Source of the DNA: an uncultured Candidatus Saccharibacteria bacterium
GTDB taxonomy: Bacteria > Patescibacteriota > Minisyncoccia > Phycocordibacterales > PALSA-1337
Assembly: GCA_964629235.1 (NCBI GenBank)
Contig: CAZVQB010000002.1
Span: 4,339 to 68,338, forward strand
DNA length: 64,000 nt
Reading direction: 5' to 3'
Shown: positions 1 through 9,393 of the stretch, piece after piece
How the letters are laid out: the number at the start of each line of letters is the position of its first letter
Position numbering within the stretch: the first letter of the stretch is position 1
Program-made: the position numbers and the translations under genes
The notes under the pieces: model-generated
What the model was told of the DNA's origin: nothing
Database searches by the model: none
The model's input: the letters and a program-made list of their open reading frames with translations, nothing else

Positions 1-544
1 TACCGATATTATAGAGAACTGGACTCAAAGCATATATTAGAAATCTTTTATGCATTTGAGTAATACTTGATAGGAAATTCGATAGACCAAGAAATATTGG
101 TGAAAGTAACAATATTCTTGAATATAGAATCAAATCCTGGAGAAATTCACTATTTGCAAAACCCGGAAAAAGAATTGAAGTTAGGCTTGGTATTAAGAAA
201 TAAGTTGCAATACTTACAGCCACGATTCCAAAGAAGAAAGCTGAGAATATACTGTCTATAAATCTTCTTCCTCTATCACCATCATTATTGAATCGATCTA
301 TAAAGAAAGGGACCAGAACAGAAGCAGACACTATCGATGCTACAGATACGAATATAAGATCAGGAATTCTAAAAGCGGAATAGTATATATCAAGTATATG
401 ACCTGCACCGAAATTGTATGCAAGAAGTTTGTCTCGAACTAGAGCCAATATTTGTGATAGAAAGGCAAAAAAAGCCAAGAGGTAAGCAGCCTCGTGTAAA
501 CCAACTATTTCCTTGCCTACCATCTCGAAGAATTTTTTGACCAT
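1..544 (-). CDS. murJ: Lipid II flippase MurJ/MviN, N-terminal ~181 aa (partial; runs off the window start)
   Basis: The reverse-strand ORF starts with ATG at 544 and stays open to position 1. Its translation begins MVKKFFEMVGKEIVGLHEAAYLLAFFAFLSQILALVRDKLLAYNFGAGHILDIYYSAFRIPDLIF and continues to ALSPVLYNIG. This matches the conserved MurJ N-terminus (R-D, FGAG, xxDAFxxAFxIPN). The start lies 3 nt after the stop of the upstream gene, suggesting an operon. Confidence 0.55.
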   Translation of the reverse strand, partial: MVKKFFEMVGKEIVGLHEAAYLLAFFAFLSQILALVRDKLLAYNFGAGHILDIYYSAFRIPDLIFVSVASIVSASVLVPFFIDRFNNDGDRGRRFIDSIFSAFFFGIVAVSIATYFLIPSLTSILFPGFANSEFLQDLILYSRILLLSPIFLGLSNFLSSITQMHKRFLIYALSPVLYNIG

Positions 545-547
545 GTG

Positions 548-2992
548 CTACTTACTCTTTATCGGAAGTGTCTTTCTCTTTTCAGGTTTTGAATCTATTG
601 GTGGTTTTGCGTCTTGGAATGGTGATTTGCCAGCTCTTAGATTTGATAGAATAAATGCTACTTCTTGATTGTCTGGATTTGTCTTTGTAAGATTTTCAAA
701 TTGTATTATTGCATCTTGGAATTGATTTAATCTTGCATATGATAATCCAAGGAAATATTGTGCATTTGCATATTGATTATCTAGTTTAATTGCTTGATTT
801 AATGCATCGATAGCTGCTTGATAGTCTTTATCATTGTACTGTAATAAACCTAGTTGAAAGAAGATCAGGGGATTTGTATTGTTTATCTGACTTGCAACTT
901 GTACTGAAGTGATAGCATCTTTTATTTGACCCTGACTTACCTGTATCTGTGAAAGTAAGAATATTGCCTCTAGATAATTTTGCTTCAGTTGAAGTGCCAA
1001 ACCTATATTTCTCTGAGCTTCAGTCATTTTATTTTGTGATGCATCAACTCTTGCCATATTTAGATAAATCAATGGACTATATGGATTATATTTCAAAGCG
1101 TTTGCATAAGAATTTTTAATATTTTCATAAGCATTTGGAGCTTGAAGAGTAAGTGCAACTTCAGAAATTCTCGCTTCAGAAATATAGTTATAGTAGTTTG
1201 TTGGATCAGTATTGATTGCTTCTCTAGTGTACTTTAGAGCTTCTTCTGTTAGTGTAGCTACTTCTTTTAGAATTTCTTGACTTGTATTTTGTTTTGATTG
1301 AATTTGTTGTACAAGATTAGAAATTTTCAAGATATTTATCTCTGAAAGAGCTTGATAGTATGTATCATTTTTATCCAAAGCTAGTGCTTTTTTGAAATTA
1401 TCTTGTGCCTTTGCCATACCCTGTCCATTTGGAAGATTTAGAGCACTTATACCCCCTTGGAAATATCCAATAGCAAGAACTTTCTTTGTATACACTGCTG
1501 TCCATATTACACAGATTGCGAAAATAACTATTAGAACAAGAGGAGTTAACTTTTTAACTATTCCTTCATCCTTACTAACATCTACAAGAACAACCTCACC
1601 CTCATTTACAAGACATGCCAAGAACAGACCAGTCATTATGAAAGTTAATAGTAATACTGCATGAGAAGGAAGATAAACTATATTTACAAGCCATAGGAAT
1701 AATGCAGTGAAAAATGTAGATGTAGTAAAGAATATAGAAAGATTGTCTGACTTCTTCTTTAGTGCTTTGAATCCTGAATAGATAAATATAACTATAAATA
1801 CTAACCATAGAGCAATACCAACTAAACCTTGTGTAACTACGAAAGTTGGAATAGTTCCAAATCCTGAACCGAATTCTGTATTCCAAAATATTGTTGGATT
1901 AACAACAGGTGGTTTGAATTTCAAATATTGATTGCCAAATCTATTTGGACCAGCACCAAAGAATGGTGATTCTTTTATTGTATCTGTAGCAACATCAAGA
2001 CTCAATTGCCAAGGAAGATTGACTTCTGTTTGGCTAATATTAAGTTTACTTATTATAGGATTTACAATAGCATCCCCTTTCCACAATCCCAAAACCACAA
2101 CAATCACTATTATAGAAGTAAGCACCGGAATCTTTTTTATCATTCCACTAATACCAGCTACATTTGATGTATTATTTCTATATTCATATATAGCCAAGAG
2201 AATCATAGTCAGAAGGAACATTGACCAAACAATACTTGAATTTACAAGCACAGCGAAGACGAAAGAAAGTATAGATACAACTGTAAGTAGAATTTTGAAT
2301 GATCTTTTCAAAGAAATCATCCTCAATCCAAGATATGAAAGTATAAATACGATACCAGAAAGTATAGATAGATCATTCCATTTTCCAAATATTGTAGAAG
2401 TTGTTGTTTTGAATATAGAAAATCCCAGAACATCAGCTCCACCGAACATTCTAATTACATGGAATACAAAAATAATTGCGAATGAAAATAGGATAGAACC
2501 ATAAACATAAAGTATTCTATCTTTTTCGTTTCTTGTTAGATTTAAAGTTAAGAAAGCTCCTAGAAACAATACCAGGATCATACTAACTGTTCCAAGTTCG
2601 AAACCTTGTCCAAAGACAGATTTCCAAATGTTTGTACTGAACATTGTTGAGACAATAAGTGAAAGCACGATTCCACACGAAGCTAGGAAAATAGGGTGCT
2701 TTGGTATATATAGGCTCTTATTTTTAAAAGCAGATAGAAAATAAAGTAGACTTGAAATAAGAATACCGAATGTTATTACGGTATTTTTTTCCATTTCCAT
2801 AGGGCCATATAAAGTTGGAATGAAAGCCAGCACACCCAAAATTATCGTTGGTAGACGAACAATAAAAGAAATTCTTTCTAAACGACCTTTTGATTCAGTA
2901 GGAGCTTGAACAGTGTCTACTGAAGATTGATTTGGTTGATTTATTGTATCCATAATAAGAACTAATACTTTATTAATAATCGATAGGGACAA
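548..2992 (-). CDS. Polytopic membrane protein with an O-antigen-ligase-like (Wzy_C) core and C-terminal TPR repeats
   Basis: The 814-aa ORF has about 12 hydrophobic helices and a periplasmic loop WNTEFGSGFGTIPTFVVTQGLVGIALWLVF, resembling a degenerate Wzy_C motif. The C-terminal ~300 aa carry repeated TPR-like units (AxxYxxxAxxLxP, NAxxxLGL). It is a paralog of the gene at 25182-27428. Confidence 0.6.
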   Translation of the reverse strand: MSLSIINKVLVLIMDTINQPNQSSVDTVQAPTESKGRLERISFIVRLPTIILGVLAFIPTLYGPMEMEKNTVITFGILISSLLYFLSAFKNKSLYIPKHPIFLASCGIVLSLIVSTMFSTNIWKSVFGQGFELGTVSMILVLFLGAFLTLNLTRNEKDRILYVYGSILFSFAIIFVFHVIRMFGGADVLGFSIFKTTTSTIFGKWNDLSILSGIVFILSYLGLRMISLKRSFKILLTVVSILSFVFAVLVNSSIVWSMFLLTMILLAIYEYRNNTSNVAGISGMIKKIPVLTSIIVIVVVLGLWKGDAIVNPIISKLNISQTEVNLPWQLSLDVATDTIKESPFFGAGPNRFGNQYLKFKPPVVNPTIFWNTEFGSGFGTIPTFVVTQGLVGIALWLVFIVIFIYSGFKALKKKSDNLSIFFTTSTFFTALFLWLVNIVYLPSHAVLLLTFIMTGLFLACLVNEGEVVLVDVSKDEGIVKKLTPLVLIVIFAICVIWTAVYTKKVLAIGYFQGGISALNLPNGQGMAKAQDNFKKALALDKNDTYYQALSEINILKISNLVQQIQSKQNTSQEILKEVATLTEEALKYTREAINTDPTNYYNYISEARISEVALTLQAPNAYENIKNSYANALKYNPYSPLIYLNMARVDASQNKMTEAQRNIGLALQLKQNYLEAIFLLSQIQVSQGQIKDAITSVQVASQINNTNPLIFFQLGLLQYNDKDYQAAIDALNQAIKLDNQYANAQYFLGLSYARLNQFQDAIIQFENLTKTNPDNQEVAFILSNLRAGKSPFQDAKPPIDSKPEKRKTLPIKSK

Positions 2993-3032
2993 TTATAACA
3001 AACAAAAAACTCCCTGTTAAGGAAGTTTCTTG

Positions 3033-3352
3033 ATTTGACATATCGATAAGCCGAGTTCTGTATCAATTTTTCATACTCTTGTGAATATAATATTGACGAC
3101 AATCATTTATCTGGGATTTACCTTACGATAAACCTCAAGCGGCACTCCTATTTGCATAGGCACGGCCTTGCACTGAAGTAAGGATTTTGCCGTTTCACTC
3201 CCACTAAAGGGATTCGTCACTGTTCTCACCTCGCACCTCACGGTGGACGGGCATTACCCGCTACCCTGCTCCTATTCTTGCGAATTGGCAGTGCTCGGAC
3301 TTTCCTCTATTTGCAAGCTTCCGCTTACAATAGCGATTGTCTGATATGTGGA
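3033..3352 (-). ncRNA. rnpB: RNase P RNA (bacterial type A-like), about 320 nt
   Basis: A locally GC-rich segment lies on the minus strand. The reverse complement of 3296-3305 reads GGAAAGTCCG, the P4 5' strand GGAAAGUCCGGGCU. The reverse complement of 3041-3060 reads ACAGAACTCGGCTTATCG, the P4 3' strand ACAGAAcCCGGCUUA. AGACAATCGC resembles P2 AGACAGUCGC. GGGTAATGCCCGTCC resembles the P10-12 GGUAAcGCC core. P1 can be paired as ACATATC/GATATGT at the ends. Confidence 0.85.
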
Positions 3353-3477
3353 TATATTATAACACAGATTTGGATTATATGGAATAATGTTGACTATTAG
3401 TAATAAAATACTAATATCATAGTAGAACTTTGATTTTTATGAAAAAAAGTCTACTTAATTTCACTCAAGGTAGTGTA

Positions 3478-3813
3478 ATGTCTGATTACGTTAGTTCATT
3501 AAAATTAACCGAGGAAGAATCAGGTAAGCTTCATATGTTTTTTAGTCCAAATCGAGTACCCATTGGCTTAACAGACAGAGAAGTTATCGTCTGTATAAAT
3601 CTGTATCCACTTAAAAAGAAAAACAGACGCCGAAGTATTCTACCAAGACAGCCAAATTCAAATGGTAGTATTGAGGAGGAAGTACTGGAAGCAATCAACA
3701 CCATAATGTACACAGACGACAATTTACCTGAAGAATTCAATCCAGATAGAAAGATGACAAGGGGTAAATTCAAAAGGGGCGTCATAAAATTCCTATTTGG
3801 ACTAAAAAAATGA
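3478..3813 (+). CDS. Hypothetical small basic protein (start uncertain; alternative ATG at 3430/3439)
   Basis: An ORF with an AAGG motif before ATG 3478 and a Lys/Arg-rich C-terminus. It has no recognisable domain and is followed by a hairpin terminator. Confidence 0.3.
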   Translation: MSDYVSSLKLTEEESGKLHMFFSPNRVPIGLTDREVIVCINLYPLKKKNRRRSILPRQPNSNGSIEEEVLEAINTIMYTDDNLPEEFNPDRKMTRGKFKRGVIKFLFGLKK

Positions 3814-3828
3814 TTATCATCGAACACC

Positions 3829-3857
3829 AAAAAACCAGCCGACGAAGCTGGTTTTTG
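3829..3857. terminator. Bidirectional rho-independent terminator between the small ORF and nrdB
   Basis: AAAAAACCAGC-CGACGAA-GCTGGTTTTTG. This is a 7-bp GC-containing stem flanked by an A-run on one side and a T-run on the other. Confidence 0.5.
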
Positions 3858-3876
3858 TTTGTAAAATATTTACCAC

Positions 3877-4899
3877 TTACTCCCCACTTCCTACACTCGC
3901 TGGAGCTGATTCTTTCTTTTTTCCATGTGAATGTGAATCCACTTCATAACTTGTATTCTGTGCTTCAAAGAAGTTTACAAGTTCATACACATCTGTAGCT
4001 GTACTCATCCATTTTGCTGGATTTGTTACATTGTAATACTTTGGAAAACCTAGCTCTTCTAGTCTTCTATCTGCTACATATTTTACATATTGATTTACAT
4101 AGTCAGCATTCAGACCAAGAATACCATTTGGGAATAGATCTTTATTGTAATCTACTTCTCGATTCACACCTTCTATGATTATATTTCTAATCTCATCAGC
4201 AAACTCTGGGGAAAGTAAATCTTGATTCTCTTCTAGAATATTGTGGATCAAATTTATTCCAAATTGCAGGTGTAGACTTTCATCTCGCAAAACCCAGTTG
4301 ATCATAGAACCAAAGTTTCTAAGTTGCTTTCTTTGTCTGAATGATAGTACCACCATGAATCCTGAATAGAACCAAATTCCTTCCATCACAATGTTTGTAG
4401 CAACTAGATTTCGGATGAAATCCTTTTTACCTTCAACAGTCTCAACATCTAGAGAAGTTTCGGTCATTCTTCTCATATAGTTGTTTATATAATCCTCTTT
4501 TGCTTTCATTGAAGGAACATTCAAATGGTGATTGAATACCTTTTCTCTATCAAATGGGAATGTCTCAAGAACATATTCAAAAGCAACACAGTGGTTGGCT
4601 TCTTCCCACATTTGTTTTGCTAGATATAGGTGGCATTCTGGAGACTTTAGATATGGATATATACCTAGAGCAATAGAACGATTCACGATAAGTTCGGCAG
4701 GGTTAAAGAATGCCATTAGGAACTCTACTGCATGTCTTTCATCATCAGTCATTTTCTTCCAATCATCTAGATCCTCTTTTAGAGTGATTTCGTGAGGAAA
4801 CCAAGTATTACGTACAGCTTGATTGTACAAATCATATGCCCACTTATACTTGATTGGATGTAAACTTGTATCTTCAGGTGCGGCTTTTCCGATAAGCAT
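3877..4899 (-). CDS. nrdB: Ribonucleotide reductase class I small (beta) subunit
   Basis: The 340-aa ORF carries ferritin-like di-iron motifs (EANHCVAFEYVL, EGIWFYSGF, RDESLHLQFG). It lies immediately downstream of nrdA in the same orientation. Confidence 0.9.
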   Translation of the reverse strand: MLIGKAAPEDTSLHPIKYKWAYDLYNQAVRNTWFPHEITLKEDLDDWKKMTDDERHAVEFLMAFFNPAELIVNRSIALGIYPYLKSPECHLYLAKQMWEEANHCVAFEYVLETFPFDREKVFNHHLNVPSMKAKEDYINNYMRRMTETSLDVETVEGKKDFIRNLVATNIVMEGIWFYSGFMVVLSFRQRKQLRNFGSMINWVLRDESLHLQFGINLIHNILEENQDLLSPEFADEIRNIIIEGVNREVDYNKDLFPNGILGLNADYVNQYVKYVADRRLEELGFPKYYNVTNPAKWMSTATDVYELVNFFEAQNTSYEVDSHSHGKKKESAPASVGSGE

Positions 4900-4924
4900 A
4901 ATATTTTATTTAATTAATTTATAA

Positions 4925-7654
4925 TTACTGACAACTATCACATTGTGCTCTTTCTGCTGGATCTATTGGGCAAACTTTTGGCTGAGATTTGACTTGGAAG
5001 TTTGGATTGTTACTTAACTTTGCCATAATCTCATCTCTAGACAAAGAACTATCTTTTTTAACTTCTTTTATACTTTCCACTTTTTTAATTTCAGGCATTG
5101 ATGACATCAGAGGCATACTTGGTTGTATTGTCGAGGCTTCTCTTACTTCATCTCTCATCTCTTCTCTTTGATAAACTGGTGTAGCAACCTTTGCAACTTC
5201 TACTCTTTGTATAATAAGTGGACTCTCTATAGGTTGCTTCACTTCTGATACAGTCTCCTCTTTTGTCGCTGAAGCTACTGCTGCGAATCCTCTCTTTCCA
5301 ATCTTTTCTGCTTTATTAACTTTAGTTGTACTTTGTTCTGCTGTATGTCGAGGCTTCATATGTAGATAATACGTTGACTTCAAACCTTTTTTCCAAGCAG
5401 TTGTGTAAATATCCATAGTTTCATCTATATCTCTTGTCTCAAGATACATATTTCTTGAAAGAGCTTGATCCACCCACTTCTGTGCACGTGCAGCTACTTC
5501 TACATAAGCTAGAGGTGATGTTGTGAATGATGTTTTATAAACATCTTTGATGTGTTGTGGAATACCTGGAATATTTGAAATATCTCCTTGATTCTCGATA
5601 ATTGCTTCTCGAACCTTTTCCCAGATTCCCATATTCTTAAGATCTTTAACTAGGTTATGGTTTATATCCATATATTTTCCTGAAATCTTATTTCTAGAAA
5701 ATACTTGAGCAAAACGAGCATCAATTCCTGGAGTTGTTCCTACTACTAGACCGATATTTGCATTTGGAGCTACAGCCATCAAAGTAGCATTTCTAATTCC
5801 CTTTTTAACTTTCTCTCTTAGAATCTGCCAATTCAATCCTCTGTGTTTGCTCTGACTATCTACAGTTACAGATATTCCTCTTGAATCGCCAACCTTGTTT
5901 AAAGTATCTATTGGAACTTTTCCTTTTGACCATTCTGAACCAGTAAAATGACTATATGATCCTCTTTCTTGTGCAAGATTTGCACTTTCGTCTATAGCCA
6001 TATAACTTACGAATTCAAATATTCTGTCAGCAAAATCCCAAGCGTGTTCACTGTCATAAGACATACCTAGTTGTTCGATGGTATCTGCAAATCCCATCAC
6101 TCCAAGACCAATAGCACGATTCTCTCGATCTGATTTTGCTGCTTCTGGAATCGGTAGAATATTTATATCTATTAGGTTATCCAACTGTCGAACTGCAAGT
6201 CGAACACTCTCTTCCAATCTTCCCCAGTGCACTTCTTTATTCTTTATGTGAGCCGCTAGATTTAGTGAAGCGAGATTACAAACTGCGACATTGTCTTTGT
6301 CTTGAGGTAGACATATCTCTGTACAAAGGTTCGACATATGAATCGTTCCTGTATTGTTATTCAAAGCACGGTTGTTTATTGTATCTTTCCAAACAAGCCA
6401 TGGGTGTGATGTTGATTGTAGAGATGTAATAATCTGTCTATATTGTTCTTTTGCAGGAACTTTTTTGAACATTACCAATTCCCCTCTTTCTGCTTTTTCT
6501 ATATAGTGAGCGTATTTTACACTGAATTCTTTTCCATATAATTCATTTAAATCCCCTGTTTCTGCAGGGTCGAACATATACCAATCTTGATCCTTTTCGA
6601 CTCTAGACATAAATTCATCTGATAGGAAAACGGCAGTATTGGCAGTTCTCATTCTCATATAATCATCACCCGCATTGTGTTTCCAATCTAGGAATTCTGG
6701 AAAATCGTAGTGCCAGTTCTCCATATAGAAACATAGTGCTCCTTTTTTCTTTCCACCTCTCATAACTGCACGAATAGCTGTATCGATTATCTTTGCAAAA
6801 GGAGTAGGACCGCTAGAAACACCTCCGAAATTTGATTTCAAAGGAGAACCTGTTGCTCTCAACTTTGTAATAGACGCTCCGATTCCTCCTGAACCTTTTG
6901 ATAGAAGTAAAACATCTGATACAGACTTTGCAATATGACCCATATCATCATGTATCTCCATTAGATAACAGTTTGAAAGCGCTGGTCGTGTAGTACCTGA
7001 ACCGAGATTTGTAGATCCACCAGCTATATACTGATGACGAGACATTTTGTCATAGAACTTCTTTGCATATTCATTTGGATTTTTCTCATTGTAACAAAGC
7101 CCCATAGCAACTCTCATAAAAAAATATTGCGGTGTTTCTAGAGGATGTTGTTTATCGTCCTTTAAGAAATATCTATTTATAAGTCCATCAAGACCAGCAT
7201 AGACGAAAAGCTCGTCTCTATCCAAAGATATATAATCAGCCAACTCTTCGAGATTAAACCTTGATCCCATATCCTTGTGAAGACGATTTTGTTCTATTCC
7301 AGATTTTATATAGTGAATAAAAGCATCTCTATGTTTCTTCTGCAAATCAGCTGGATTCTCTTTATCATATTCACCCACAACTCTACGATAAACAGTCTTT
7401 AGAAGTAGTCTAGTTGCTACTTTATCGTATTGTATATCCTCTTTAATATTTTGAACTGCAGCATTTATAGTTGCATGATCTAGTTCATCAGTGGTAATAC
7501 CATTATAAAGAGTTAGATATGTCTCTGTAGCTATTTGAGTAACCATAGCTATAGGATCAACAAGTCCCGCACAAGCTCTTTCGATAGAACGATTTACTCT
7601 ATCTGCATTATGCAATTCACGTGTACCATCAGTCTTCGTTATGTATATGCTCAT
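4925..7654 (-). CDS. nrdA: Ribonucleotide reductase class I large (alpha) subunit with an N-terminal ATP-cone and an extended C-terminal tail
   Basis: The 909-aa ORF has an N-terminal ATP-cone-like segment (KTDGTRELHNADRVNRSIERA). It carries the catalytic NLCTEICLP motif and a C-terminal Cys pair (QCDSCQ). A low-complexity K/E/V-rich insertion of about 130 aa precedes the C-terminal tail. Confidence 0.92.
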   Translation of the reverse strand: MSIYITKTDGTRELHNADRVNRSIERACAGLVDPIAMVTQIATETYLTLYNGITTDELDHATINAAVQNIKEDIQYDKVATRLLLKTVYRRVVGEYDKENPADLQKKHRDAFIHYIKSGIEQNRLHKDMGSRFNLEELADYISLDRDELFVYAGLDGLINRYFLKDDKQHPLETPQYFFMRVAMGLCYNEKNPNEYAKKFYDKMSRHQYIAGGSTNLGSGTTRPALSNCYLMEIHDDMGHIAKSVSDVLLLSKGSGGIGASITKLRATGSPLKSNFGGVSSGPTPFAKIIDTAIRAVMRGGKKKGALCFYMENWHYDFPEFLDWKHNAGDDYMRMRTANTAVFLSDEFMSRVEKDQDWYMFDPAETGDLNELYGKEFSVKYAHYIEKAERGELVMFKKVPAKEQYRQIITSLQSTSHPWLVWKDTINNRALNNNTGTIHMSNLCTEICLPQDKDNVAVCNLASLNLAAHIKNKEVHWGRLEESVRLAVRQLDNLIDINILPIPEAAKSDRENRAIGLGVMGFADTIEQLGMSYDSEHAWDFADRIFEFVSYMAIDESANLAQERGSYSHFTGSEWSKGKVPIDTLNKVGDSRGISVTVDSQSKHRGLNWQILREKVKKGIRNATLMAVAPNANIGLVVGTTPGIDARFAQVFSRNKISGKYMDINHNLVKDLKNMGIWEKVREAIIENQGDISNIPGIPQHIKDVYKTSFTTSPLAYVEVAARAQKWVDQALSRNMYLETRDIDETMDIYTTAWKKGLKSTYYLHMKPRHTAEQSTTKVNKAEKIGKRGFAAVASATKEETVSEVKQPIESPLIIQRVEVAKVATPVYQREEMRDEVREASTIQPSMPLMSSMPEIKKVESIKEVKKDSSLSRDEIMAKLSNNPNFQVKSQPKVCPIDPAERAQCDSCQ

Positions 7655-7767
7655 AAATTAATAATATTATTTTACTAGTGGAAACATTTTACCTTTTTAG
7701 CAAGGTTTAAAAAAGGGGAAAATAACTTTTTTTATAGATAAGAGACAGAAATTTAAAAATGTAAATA

Positions 7768-8229
7768 CTATCCCTTCGTTAATTTTAAAATATTTCCCAC
7801 TTCAAGTTTATTTTCATCAGAAAAACCAGCATTTGCTTCAATTACGTATAGGCTTTTTTCTGGTGGGAAGAATTGTTCTGGATAACTGTCTATTGATACA
7901 CTTTTTTCGATATATACAATTTTATTATTTTCATCTAACCAGATAATATCTATCGGAAATTTCATATCTTTCATCCAAAAACCATATGTATCTGGTTCAT
8001 CGAATACAAAAAGCATAGCACTTCCCTTTACTAAACTTGCCCTACCGCTTAAACCAGCAACCCTCGAAGCTTCAGTATCAGAAACAATAAGTGGAATATT
8101 TTTACCATTTACCTCCAATTTATACTTGGCAATATTTTTAATGTTTGTATCTTTAGGCAAAACACAGAATATCCAAACAATAATCGCAACCAACAAAACA
8201 TAAAATGGTATTTTCTTTTTCATATACAT
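7768..8229 (-). CDS. DUF192 (COG1430) family secreted protein
   Basis: A signal peptide-like N-terminus is followed by the motifs LIVSDTEASRVAGLSGRASL, MLFVFDEPDTYGFWMKDMKFPIDIIWLD and YVIEANAGF, which are typical of DUF192. Confidence 0.6.
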   Translation of the reverse strand: MYMKKKIPFYVLLVAIIVWIFCVLPKDTNIKNIAKYKLEVNGKNIPLIVSDTEASRVAGLSGRASLVKGSAMLFVFDEPDTYGFWMKDMKFPIDIIWLDENNKIVYIEKSVSIDSYPEQFFPPEKSLYVIEANAGFSDENKLEVGNILKLTKG

Positions 8230-8297
8230 TATTATCCCTTTTTAATATTCTTTCATCAAGATGATATGGAGAAAAAAGATATGTTAATATTATATAT

Positions 8298-8849
8298 ATG
8301 AAAATTTCTTTTGTAGGACCATTCGCAGTAGGAAAAGATGCTGTATCAAGTTATGTTGAAAAGAAATACAATTTAACGCACATTTCAAGTGGGAATCTGG
8401 TAAGAGATTATGTAACAAAGAACAATCTCGGTGGCTTGGATAGAAAAAATCTTCAAATTGTTGCAAATAAGATGCGAGCTGAGGGTGGTGGTGACATTTT
8501 AGTCAAAATAGCTTTATCTGAAGCAAAAGACAATGTAATAATTAGCGGCCTACGCGCAATAGATGAAGTAAAAACTTTTAAAAAAATGGGTGGCACTGTA
8601 ATTGCAATAACCGCTCCAATTGAGCAAAGATACAAATTGGCGCAAATGCGTGGTCGTATAGATGATCATATTTCTTTTGAAGAATTCAGGAAAATTGAAG
8701 AGGAAGAAAATAAAAGTAAAGACCATAACGAACAAAATCTGTCCAAAGTCATAGCAATGGCAGATTTTGAAGTCATAAATGATGGAAGTCTTGAGGAGTT
8801 ATTCGCAAAATGCGATAAGACTATTTCCCAAATTATGAATGGATTCTAA
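8298..8849 (+). CDS. P-loop nucleotide/nucleoside kinase-like protein (dNMP kinase / dephospho-CoA kinase-like fold) with an atypical Walker A
   Basis: The 183-aa ORF starts MKISFVGPFAVGKD (GxxxxGKD instead of GK[ST]). It has a LID-like basic segment (RGRIDDH) and an acidic C-terminal half. It sits in the neighbourhood of the nrdAB operon. Confidence 0.4.
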   Translation: MKISFVGPFAVGKDAVSSYVEKKYNLTHISSGNLVRDYVTKNNLGGLDRKNLQIVANKMRAEGGGDILVKIALSEAKDNVIISGLRAIDEVKTFKKMGGTVIAITAPIEQRYKLAQMRGRIDDHISFEEFRKIEEEENKSKDHNEQNLSKVIAMADFEVINDGSLEELFAKCDKTISQIMNGF

Positions 8850-8851
8850 TA

Positions 8852-9325
8852 TTATCTTGAGAATATACTCATGATTGCATCCCATAGACTAGCAAGGTTT
8901 GCACTGAAACTCTTTTCAACTGCAAAAGTCTTATTGTCTACACTTGATACACAACCACCTGTAAAACTCTCAGGATTTCCACAACCGATTTCGATTTGTA
9001 GATTTTCACCTAATTCATCTCTTTTTGGTGACCATTTGAAACTTCCATCATTCTCAGTATTAGTAGCAATTTGTCTAACTAGTTCATAACTTACTGGTGA
9101 ATCTGAAACCTTTTTTATAAGGTTAATATTTATACTTGCTCCAGCTGGGAAATTCTCAGTTGTCCAAGTTATATTTTGATTTGATCCAGTCTTAATTATA
9201 GACTTTGAAACAGAATTAACTGTATTTACCTTTGCTTCATTTGAAGCATTTACTGCAGAAAAACTTATTGAAAATACCGATAAAACGACTATTAATGTTG
9301 CGATTGAATAAGATAATTTGTTCAT
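8852..9325 (-). CDS. Hypothetical secreted protein (signal peptide)
   Basis: The N-terminus MNKLSYSIATLIVVLSVFSISFSAVNA looks like a signal peptide. The rest is Ser/Thr/Asn-rich with no recognisable domain. Confidence 0.4.
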   Translation of the reverse strand: MNKLSYSIATLIVVLSVFSISFSAVNASNEAKVNTVNSVSKSIIKTGSNQNITWTTENFPAGASININLIKKVSDSPVSYELVRQIATNTENDGSFKWSPKRDELGENLQIEIGCGNPESFTGGCVSSVDNKTFAVEKSFSANLASLWDAIMSIFSR

Positions 9326-9393
9326 ATTTTTATTGTTATTTTATAAGTATACACGAAAATTTCAATTTGTCAAGGTCTATATAAAGTGGATAA

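Noticed and set aside
67-261. 64-aa plus-strand ORF from the six-frame track
   Set aside because: It lies entirely antisense to the murJ partial CDS, which has strong family-specific motifs.
1392-2504. Several 90-190-aa ORFs on both strands inside 548-2992 (1392-1664+, 1602-1886-, 1932-2504+)
   Set aside because: They are alternative frames or antisense reads of a long, well-supported membrane-protein CDS and have low-complexity translations.
3810-3998. 62-aa plus-strand ORF
   Set aside because: It spans a rho-independent terminator hairpin and overlaps the 3' end of nrdB antisense. It shows no coding signal.
7655-7767. Looked for NrdR boxes upstream of nrdA
   Set aside because: Only a weak ACTAGT-centred palindrome was found. 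There is no tandem pair of 16-bp NrdR-type boxes.
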